Assembly: GCA_051362555.1 (NCBI GenBank)
Contig: CM120641.1
Location: forward strand, 48,242,401 to 48,306,400
Direction of reading: 5' to 3'
DNA from: Lingula anatina
Lineage: Eukaryota; Animalia; Brachiopoda
DNA length: 64,000 bases
Shown here one piece after another: positions 14,201 to 25,900 of this stretch. Positions within the stretch are counted from its first letter, which is position 1, and the number at the start of each line of letters is the position of its first letter. A program made the translations under genes and the position numbers. The notes under the pieces are model-generated. The model ran no database searches. It had not been told where the DNA came from and was given only the letters and a program-made list of their open reading frames with translations.

Positions 14201-16496
14201 TGCAGAAAACTATATATATTTTTACGTATATATTCATCATGCAATTGATGGGATGTTCTGTGGCAAAACTTTGTCATTTTACCAAACATATGATGTTTCT
14301 GATGTGTTAATTAATAAGCTAATTTATCTGTGCATTTAAAAGATTTTATAGCTTTCCTCAATAATAATGACTTGAATGCCCAAAAACATCAGCACAGTCA
14401 GATTATTCCTTGTATTTCTTTTCTAAAAACTGTTTTATTTACTATTTAATGTATTACAACTCCTTTACCAAAGCTCACAGGGGAAATTAATATAATCTAC
14501 AGAATTTTTTAGCACAGGATTTTTCTTAATTCAGATGTGTTGTCTGTTAATTTGTTAACTTTCATATTTCCTTTGTTGAATCTTACATATGTCCGTGAAT
14601 TATGTATACATTGAAATAATACCTTTTGACAAAAATTATCCATCACCACTACTACCGTATAATGATAGTGTCTGGCACGCTTTCATCTAACCAGGAAGCT
14701 GAATTTTCATCAAGCTCTGATAACTTTGGATAAAAGAAAGCTTTTATCTTCTAACAAAGGAGTTTCTTTATAATATCTATATTTTATTAGTTGCTGATTA
14801 TCAATAGTGAAAGGCTTGAGTCTTGAGAGAATTAATGAGAGGCATTTTGAACTGCACCTTTATATGTAAACAAAGAAGGTTATAAAATATTAACTAATAT
14901 CTCCAACAAGGGAATCTTTTTACACCTAAAACTGGTAATTGTCTGGGATTGAAATCAAAATAGATCATGTTGCGTTTTCTTGTTCCATGTTAAAAATAGA
15001 ATTTAATTGATAAAACAGTTAAATCAGGGAGAATAACTGTATTTCTCCATAGGCAGAGAGGCAGCCAAGCCAATTCAAGCCCACCAACTTAGAAAAGATA
15101 ACATATGACACGATATTCACCGAGTGACTAATAATAGGAAATCATAGTCAGTTTTTACAGATAAAGAATAAGCTATCACACTGTGGGTGAATGGGTAAAA
15201 GTGCCAAAACACAGCGAAGAATGGCTTGAACTCAAAACCTTTTTTAAGGTCAGCTAGCTGCTAGCTGTCTTCACTTTTCCTAGTGTTTTCTTTATGCTGC
15301 AGAGATTAAATTCCCAAAACCCTATAAACAACCATAAAACTTTCTCCAAAATACAGTGAGTACTAAATTTGAAAACATTTTTTAAAATTTAAGTGTATTT
15401 CTTCAGAATTGCAAGAGGACATTTAATCTATATATTTGCAACTTAAATGAGCACTACTATTAGTAGTTAAGTAGCAGTAGTACTGAGAACAGATTTCTAC
15501 TTGGTGAAATCTGCATGATTGCAGATACATTTACGACTGACTTTCACTGTGAACAGGAAAAACTATAGTTCCTTCTTATAGGGTACAACTAAGCAACCTT
15601 TTTTTTAAATAAAATAATTTCATAAAAATACATTACATTTAGCAACTGTGGCTATGCTCTAAGATCTAGTCTGAGAATCCCAGGTCAAGTAAAATAAATC
15701 AAGATAGGGGCAGGCAGGGGTTCTCGATTTTGTTAATAATATATAACAAGGTGAAATTGACTGCTGTTCATTTTGAAAAACCCAGTTAGATTTTCCATTG
15801 ATACATTTAACCCAAATGCAATCAAGTTATAACAGTTGCAGAGTTTGCAGAGATCACCTTGATACAAACAAAACCACCAGCGGTTTCCAGAACCAGAAAT
15901 TGACAGCTTATGAATTAGACATGATTTACTCTCTATGGCTGCCTTAAAAATTCATGAAGTGTCCATTATTTTGCCTAGCTGCAACAATTGAAGACAACAT
16001 ATCAAATGGCAGATCAATCCACAGTTTCATAATACAAGACTGATAATGATGGTTTTAGATGATTTTCAACAGAAGGTTCAATATGAAGTGTCAAACAAAG
16101 TGCAAACTATCATTCCTGTTGACAACTACCAACAGGTAAATAGAAAAACTGGACATAAAGTGAAACACTTGTTAAACAGTCTATTGCTGATAATACTACT
16201 GACTTTGTGTATGTTGTACATAATAAATAAGCTAGCACACATTAACAATATGCTACAAAGAGCATCATTTTGGCATGGTAAAGTTCATCCTATTCAAAGA
16301 CAAGAAACAACAACAAGGAGCAACCACATACACTTCATTCAAGTGTCTAAAGTACAAGCCATTTATGAAAAAATAACTTCAAAATGATAGTCTGTATGCG
16401 TGCTGTAACATATCAGCCAGTCTATCAAATCAATGAACCTACAGCCAAGTATGTACACATTTACTCCAAGAACCAGTGTTAAGCACACATGCATGT

Positions 16497-16545
<49 letters not shown>

Positions 16546-19500
16546 ACAGGTTCTCCCACTCTCTCTCTTACCTGTAACAGGACAGGTTCTCCTACTCTCT
16601 CTCTTACCTGTAACAGGACAGGTTCTCCCACTCTGATATCTCTTACCTGTAACAGGACAGGTTCTCCCACTCTCTCTCTTACCTGTAACAGGACAGGTTC
16701 TCCCACTCTGATATCTCTTACCTGTAACAGGACAGGTTCTCCCACTCTCTCTTACCTGTAACAAAACAGGTTCTCCCACTCTGATATCTCTTACCTGTAA
16801 CAGGACAGGTTCTCCCACTATGATATCTCTTACCTGTAACAGGACAGGTTCTCCCGCTCTGATATCTCTTACCTGTAACAGGACAGGTTCTCCCACTATG
16901 ATATCTCTTACCTGTAACAGGACAGGCTCTCCCACTCTAATGGCTCTCTCCATGGTCCTCATGTAGTTAGGGTCCGAAGCCTGGACTATCTTCAGTTTAG
17001 TGCCCTCCATCTCAGCAATCCACCTGGAATTACAAAGTTTGTTAAAAAAAGCAAGATCTTGAGGGAGTACTTAATTAATAAATAGTTTTATAACTTATTT
17101 CCCAAGGATATCTCAATATAAATGAATATCTTTCATCAGTCAAAATTCTTCTGAAGTAAAGAATCAAAGTCAAATATTTTCACAGTATTTCTTTAACTTC
17201 ACCATTTCACCTTGTAATTAAGACATGAAGTTAACTCACTTGCTAGCCTGCCCCTGGGGGTCAATGAGCAGAGGCCACTTTCTCCCCTTCTTCACAAAGA
17301 TGGCATTCTCTGTGGACAATGTGTCTGTTGGGAGACCTTCATTTTGCCACTGAAGGACCTGAATATCAATAGTAAAATCAACCATTACAGTTAAACCATT
17401 TATTTATAAATGCCTGGAGACAAGTGTGACTAATTTTTCAACATTTTGTTCTATGTCCAGCATACACTTCTTCTTGAACTGCGAAGGCCTTTTTGATTTC
17501 AAAGTAATCTGAATTACAATTATCATTCAACAGAAATTATAATAAAAATTAATATCATAAAATAAATAAAAAGCTAACAGGTGGACTTCCCACAATGTCA
17601 TTTATATTTATAGCATAATTTAAAAAACGAAAAAAAAAAGTAACACCATTTTTATGTGCAAACAAACCTGGTTGGCATCAGCAATAATCTTGACCAGCTC
17701 ATATTCCTCAGAAATAGGTATTTCTGCCGCCCTGCATCGTTCCTCCCATTTCAGTATCAGCTCCCTCCTGTATTTGGCTGTGAAGGCCCCCAGGTACGCC
17801 ACGGCAGCCGCGGATACCAGGGTGTCACCTACCAGACCCTGGAGTTTGAAATCCAGGACCTTCACTGACTCCGCCCACCTCACCTGGAACAGAAAATGTT
17901 ATCATCCATGACCAAAAAACAAGAAAAGAAAAAATGTAATGATAATAACACACTGGGTACTAAGTAGATTGTCATTCTGAAACTATATCTGGAGAAGTTT
18001 CCTATGTAACCCCAACAATTACCTAACAGTCTCAATTCTGGAACCATTGAAGAGTGTGCACATATAGATAAATTATCCTATCCTAACTAAAAAGTCAGAG
18101 AAAAGTAATTGCCTTATATAGCATATTTAATCATGCATAGATCTACTTCTTTTACTGAGCTTCTCCAGTTATAACAAAGTTTAAGACAATATAAAAATGT
18201 TTTGAAGGGTAACAGTATTGTGTTAGCATTATGAGTTATAACAAAGTTTAAGATGCTGTCACAGTGTTTTTACCTTCTCGTCTGCCAGAGCGGAGATGAG
18301 CACAGAAGCCCTCTGTATCCTGAGAGCTGTGGTCTTCTTCCTCTCCTTCAGAGACTCTCTCTGGTTCACGCTGTCCTGGTACTGCTGCTGGAGGAGCTTT
18401 AGGTGGTCTTGAATCTACGCAAATAATGTAATTTTATAAGATATTTTTCGTAATCATAGCATTATTGTACCACCAGCGTTAGCGCTGGCGGTACACATGG
18501 TTTCGATCCCGTCTGGATCGTTCCGCCGGCTCCGCCGGACGGCTACCGTTACCGCTTCTCCTCCTAGACGGTAAGGGCCCCCGTACCCATCTCATGGATT
18601 TAGGTCACCTATAATCTCAACTCGTTCCACATAAAATTTGGGCTTTGTCGGTATTGGGGTCTAGGTGTGGCACTCATTGCAATGCACCCTTGTCTAAAAA
18701 TGGCAAAATTAAATGCTAATTATCTACCCTACAGAAGGAGTTATGGGAAAAATTTCTATAGACGGCTTTCCAAAAGTCATATGTGTAGATTTCAAATATA
18801 CCCTTGGATTTGACCTTTGACCTTTACTTCAAGGTCAAATGGGCCAAAATTTTCAAAAAAATGAAATTTTTTACGAAAAAAAATTTTTTTGCCCTGTTAT
18901 TCAGACACCACACAGACTTAACCAATAATATTATTGGAAGGTGTTACCCTTCAGGTCATCTTTCATCTCCATGAATTTGGGGTCAATCGGTGCATTTTCA
19001 CGGGAGTAGCGGCCATAAGATACCGAAACTGAAAACTGTCTCTAATTCGGGAACCGTTAATGCTAGAGACCCATTCTTTTTTGCATTTTGTAGAGCATGT
19101 AAAGCCCAACACTGAAGGTGGTCTCAGTTTTTTTGTATTCCATACGGTTTTCGAGTTACGCTGTATCAAAAAGTACATATTGGTGGTAAAAGCAAAATGT
19201 GCAGTACGGTAATGGATAATAAATTTTGAACTCTGGAAAAATAAAACATAAGGCTTGGCAAAGCAGACAACTTGTGTTCAAAAATGACATTATTTCATCA
19301 AATTTGAACTTCTGAAACTTCAGAGCACCTCCTATTTCAAGAATTTTGACCAAAATTACATTTTCTTTATTTTAATTAATTTTTTCTGTACGAAATTTAA
19401 GTACATTATGGTAACTCCAAAATTATAACATTTGGTCCCTTATTTCTCCAAAACTGGCAGAGATAGGTCCATAGTTACTATTGAAGTTGAATAGGAAGTC

Positions 19501-22500
19501 ATATACTGGCAATCTTACTATGACCTTGAAAGTGACCTTTGACCTACTTTTCACCATGAACTGAACTTTGCAAATTTTGCTTCCCTTTTATCTCCAAAAC
19601 TGGCAGATATAGGTCCATAGTTACTATTGAACTTGAATAGAAAGTCATATACTGGCAATCTAAATGTGACCTTAAAATTGACCTTTGACCTACTTTACAC
19701 CATGAACTGAATTTTGCAAATTTTGCTTTCCTTTTATCTCCAAAACTGGCTGAGATAGGTCCGTAGTTACTAATGAACTTGAATAGGAAGTCATATACTG
19801 GCAATCTAAATGTGACCTCAAAATTGACCTTTGACCTACTTTTCACCATAAACTGAACTTTGCAAATTTTGCTTCCCTTTTATCTCCAAAACTGGCAGAG
19901 ATAGGTCCATAGTTACTATTGAACTTGAATGGGAAGTCATATACTGGCAATCTAAATGTGACCTTGAAATTGACCTTTAACCTACTTTTCACCATGAACT
20001 GAATTTTGCAAATTTTGCTTTCCTTTTATCTCCAAAACTGGCAGAGATAGGTCCATAGTTACTATTGAACTTGAAAAGGAAGTCATATACTGGCAATCCA
20101 AATGTGACCTTAAAATTGACCTTTGACCTACTTTACACCATAAACTGAATTTTGCAAATTTTGCTTTCCTTTTATCTCCAAAACTGGCTGAGATAGGTCC
20201 GTAGTTACTATTGAACTTGAATAGGAAGTCATATACTGGCATTATAAATGTGACATTAAAATTGACCTTTGTCCTACTTTTCACCATAAACTGAACTTTG
20301 CAAATTTTGCTTCCCTTTTATCTCCAAAACTGGCAGAGATAGGTCCATAGTTACTATTGAACTTGAATAGGAAGTCATATACTGGCAATCTAAATGTGAC
20401 CTTGAAATTGACCTTTGACCTACTTTTTATCATGAACTGAACTCTGCTAATTTCTTTCTCTTTTAACTTCAAACTTGACAGAGATAGGTCCATAGTTACT
20501 CTTGAACTTGAATAGGAAGTCATATACTGGCAATTTACTGTGACCTTGAAATTGACCCTTGACCTACCTTACGAAGAACTTAAATTTGATTGTACCATAT
20601 ATATTTTTTGCAATAGTTTAAAAATTCTTGTTGATTGCATTTTTACAGCTTGTCAAGCACAAAACTGGTGGCTGTGTCCCTTATTTTGTGTATGTGGGGG
20701 TCTATATGAATGCGCTTGCTCCAGCTGGTGGTACAATATTCGGAGGCGGTATCGCCTCTCTGATCCTCTAGTTATTGTGTGGTAACAAGGAGTGGAGAGT
20801 TTGAAACATGAGAAATAAGTTTAAAAACTAAATGACAGTAAACTGATCAGTTACAGAGGTTATCAAGATGAATGAAGAAAGTGATGGATATAAATTTAAA
20901 TATATTTAAAACTGGGGAATGAGAACAGAAAAATGTGCGAGACATCAATCAACAAAGTGGATACAGACATCAGCACCCTGCACAGTCATAATATTTTTTC
21001 TTCATGGTTGAAGATTTGAAGATTTGTTTTCTTCGTATAGTATTGAACTGCTTTGCAGGACTTTGACGTATACTATTCATCATTTCAGTTATTCTAGGCA
21101 ATACTCACCATAAATTTATGATTTAATATATTTCTCTAAATTTAAGGACCTTTGATATAACTCTACTTCTATCTTTTGCTAAAAGCACTCACTCCTATGA
21201 GTCAAACAATTTCTTACTTTTGATAAGCTAGACTGTTTCTGTGCTAAATTCTTCTGTGCCAGATGCAGTGCTTCTTTGGCCTCTTCTACCCTCCTCTGCT
21301 TAGGTTTAACCATCTGAAACACGAGGAAAAAATATATAAAAACAGAGAAATTAAGAAAAAGACCACTTGTACCGATAACACCACCAGGCACATGATTGCC
21401 ACTCACTTCCTTCTTCTGAAGAAAACAGAAATTCTGGCTTATTATTCATGGTTGTTTAATCAAATTTCTATTAATAGCAACAGCAGAAGAAACAGAAGTT
21501 TTCCAGAATTTAAAAACACATCAACTCTATTAACACAACCTCATGTATTTCTCTGTCAGTTTTTTCAAAACACGCCCGAATGAGAAGATATTTCAGATGA
21601 TATATCAACATCAAATCTATAGACCTGGAAGCACCTGTTGACCTCACCTTATACACTTCATTATACCTCTCCAGGGCCAGCACCCACTCACACATGGATT
21701 TACAGGCCACTGACACTGTGCCCACCTTGTCTGGGGTGAAGTCTGCATGCTTTGTGTACTTCTTTAGTTTGTTATAAACCTACAATATATAGTGTTGTGT
21801 GAAAACAGATAAATAACAAGTTTATATTTTCATTTTTCCTGTTTTGGCTTAAATCACTGCTGTCAATTAAATGTCGAAAGAATTTTTTTAAAAAATGCAA
21901 ATAAAGAACAAGTGAAATGTTGCACAATATCTTTAACAGGTATTAATTACCAAATTAAAATTCCCAAATACAAGCCACTTACTAATAAAACCATCACAAG
22001 AATCTAATATAAAAGGATTACATTTTTCATCTTAAAAACAATGTTCTTTGTAACAGATAAAAATCCCACATAAAAAGGAGTAAAATATCATAATATACCT
22101 TATCAGGTAGATTATTCTTATCAAACTGGACCAGCCTCTTGAGAAATCCCGCATCCCCAAGCACCTGTTTAGCTGTGGCCCAGTCTGGTTTCTGCTGCAG
22201 TAACACGCACACGGACGCCATGACAGTCATGACCAGCTCGGGAGGGTTGGTGTACACACGGATCTCAGCAACGTCTGATTTGTCCAAGGAGTCCAGGGAG
22301 CCGATGGCTGTCTGCAGGGCCGGGATTACAGAGTTCAGGTCTTGCTGACATTCCTAAAGAGAAAAAAGACTGTGGTTTAAGAGAACATGCTAGTTATTTG
22401 ACAAGACAATTATACATGTAAATGATTTAATGGACCACTGACTTGCTTTCCTAAATTCTTTGCTTCAGATACTCTAAGTACTCCTGCTATGGAGTTTTGA

Positions 22501-22949
22501 ATCACTATTTTTATGATTCAAGCAACACACAGAGCTAAATATTTCCTCCTCATATGAACATAACAAGCTCTCTTACATCAGCGTAATCCTGCACAATCTG
22601 CGTCTCTTTCTTCATGACGCTCTCTTCCTGCTCCACAATCTCCCTGACCTGGTCGACGGCCTCCTGGTCCTTCTCCAACTGCTGTAGTAACAACTCTGTG
22701 TCCTATAACAACAATAACAACAAAGTCATAAAATAACAGTTATAAAAAATAAAAACTCATATCTTTCACCAAAACATACAATTAATTAGATTTAATTGTG
22801 AATATTTTCCAGTTATATATGTAATTTTAAAATAATGCATAAACTGCTAATTACAAATATTGTAACACAAGCTCAATCTGTGCCTTTAATCTAAGTTTTT
22901 CTTTATGTGTGTTTTATGTATATTTCTTTGAAATAAATAAATTAAAAAA

Positions 22950-22984
<35 letters not shown>

Positions 22985-25900
22985 ATACACTATATTAAAA
23001 ACATCGCCTCTAATTATACGAATACCGTTACCTAATAATCTAAGTTGTTGTCAGCCATTGTGTCATATCATCTGCTCTCTCACCTTGAAGTAATCATGCA
23101 GTGTTTCAGACAGGAAGCTGAAGAAGGCCGCCCTGTCTGCACTGTCTACTAGCCTGTCGTGGAACACCCTGGTGGCCTCGTGTGAGAACAACTGGGCACA
23201 GTTCTCCTTGTTGACTATCACCTGCTGGTGTGCTTGTAACAGACCCGTGATTACCTAGAGGACAGGGAAATATCACACTTATATTACTATCACCTGCTGG
23301 TGTGCTTGTAACAGACCCGTGATTACCTAGAGGACAGGGATATATCACACTAATATAACTATTTTAGGCTTATCTTTTGCTCTAAGGCTTCTACAGAGCA
23401 AAATTAAGATACGCCTCGAGTATTTGGAAATACATAAACTGACAAAGCAACTCATGCACATTACTCATCAAAGTTTCAGTTATTCTCCTGTACACAATCA
23501 AACCCCTTTAATCCCCAATACTTACATCTGTGAGATCCCTGATATTAAAAGTGTAATGTGACTTGGCCGGAGTAGGCAGCATATTCATACACATCTTGTA
23601 GTACATTGCTATACTAGCTGACACCAGAGAGAACAGCGACTCTTTCACCTCCGGCATGAAGTCGCCATCTTGGAAGTACCTGCCCAGCTGGACCTGGTAG
23701 ATATGCTGAAGAGACCGGGTGGAGGGCTGGGGCACTGCTAGCATACTGTAATGATAAATGAATAAATTAATCAACCAATTAATTAAATCTTTCTGAGGGC
23801 ATTTCAATCATGCACCTCGGGTTTGTCAAGACAAAAACATGTATGGTAAAATAAAAAACTACTCTAACCAGACTTAACATGTTTTTGTTTGTAAAGCATG
23901 ATGTTAAGTCTCTTTAGACTTTTTTCTACAATATTAACACAAGAGACACTGAAAAATCTTTTTCACTTGATTTTTATGTAAATCAGATGTATGGCTTTGC
24001 AAAACAAAAACTGAAAACTGAAGCTGTGATATTTCCCTACCAGAAGTGTTTGAGAAGTCTGGGGCTGACAGGGTTTCTGCCTCCACCCACGGGTCCACAT
24101 GCCCCCACTAGGGTCACATCCATGATGTCCTGAAATATTTCTTCATTTCAATATTTTATCACACACACCCCAATCAAGACACCTGCTATATTGCCACAGA
24201 AACTTATCTTTAACCATGATGTTATAACAAATAAGTCAAAAGGTAGTTAATGAAAAATATTAATAAAAAATTGCTGATTTTTGTGTGGGTATAATTACAG
24301 TTGTCTGAAATCAAACCATTTTTTACATGTTATTGTTAATATAATGCTAACAAAACAGGCACCTGAAATAAACAGGCATCTGGCATTTTCTTTAATATCT
24401 TTATGAATTATATCTGACATCAGTGACATGTTTAGTAATTCTAATTAAATTAATCTAATTAAACTTTTTTTTACCTCTCAATAGGAACCTTTTTATGAGA
24501 TTCAAATCGTTATACATGGATAAAGTCATACCTTCCACAACATTCTCCTAGTGTCAAAGAATCCGCCCAGATCCAGAAACTGTCTGAGAAGTTCCAGTGG
24601 AGGCTGAGCTCCATATTCCTCAGGGGCTGGCATGTTGAAGTCATCAACAAACACCAATACCTGGAACGTGTGATAAAAATCAACAGGACATCAAAAAAAT
24701 ATCTTTATACACTGAGAATCATGCCAACTTCTTGATTTTCAAATCACTACACCATGGTGCTTGCTCAACAGACTTTGACATTCAGTGATATCTGATTCAA
24801 GTTTACCTCCTCAATCACGATTATGATTATCATGTGTTTGCCATTATCAAATACTAGTTGTGCCACCATAAAAGAGCATGTTACATAGTTTATAATGTCA
24901 AAGTTATAATGACATAAGTGTAGTTATAACCTGTTACCTACTGGACATGTAAAATTAATCAAATTCAGTAAATTTTTTTCTTTTTTCCATATAAGAAATA
25001 ATCACACTGTCCAATTCCAATCTATCAGACTATGAGAAACTCTCCCAAACCTTTTTCCCCTTGGGTCCTCCCAGTGTATCTTTGCCCTTCTTGATCAGCC
25101 TGTGTATGATGGAGAGCTGGGTCCTGGCGGAAGTCGTCTGTGCGCTAAACTGTAGCAGACTGGTGGAGATACCTGTGTTCTGCTTGGGTTTGTTGGTCCC
25201 CATCAGGAGATCTAGATTCTTCTCTGTGTCTATGTCTGAAATCAAGTGAGAACACATAATTACTTCTTTGCACATGAGATGCTTTTGTGATTCGACATTT
25301 AGCTTGTTCACGTTTCTACCAAATCATGAGAGACTTTTGACTTTAAAAGGCAGTAAGAGGTTTTAAAAAAATATCCTTCAGCTGTGTCTCATTTTAACTC
25401 TTAATTTCAATTCTCATTATCTTTTTTAAAAACTATGTTATTAACTGTTTCACTTTCACATCTCAAACTTGATGATTTTATTATGATCATTACAACTTTT
25501 ATTATATAACTATTATTATTTCACTTTTATATCACTTTAAAAAGCTTGAACACATTCCAAATTCTGATGTATATTCTACATATTTATATTAGATGAATAA
25601 ATAATATTCATAATAATTATTATAACTATTATCATAATTACTTTTAATATCAGTATCATTATTATTATCTTTGTTATTTTTATTATAATTATTATAATAA
25701 GAATGGGTCAATACCCAGTATATCCATCTCAAAAAATTTAAGAAATGAATAAATGCGTAAGAGAACCGGTCTTTAGAAACAGTCTACAGAAACTTTCAAA
25801 GTGTCTTACCTTCCTCCATGGCAAACTTTGTCAAGCTGCTGATGTTTTCTAACAGTGACTGGTTTTTGTCTGAGAAATTCAACACATTTCCTAAAATGGT

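Noticed and set aside
16433-16761. His/Thr-rich and repetitive ORFs on the plus strand
   Set aside because: Antisense read-through of the CA microsatellite and the donor array.
19544-20523. Three similar ORFs of 80-101 aa
   Set aside because: Products of the 146-bp satellite; no Rep/helicase or transposase motifs.
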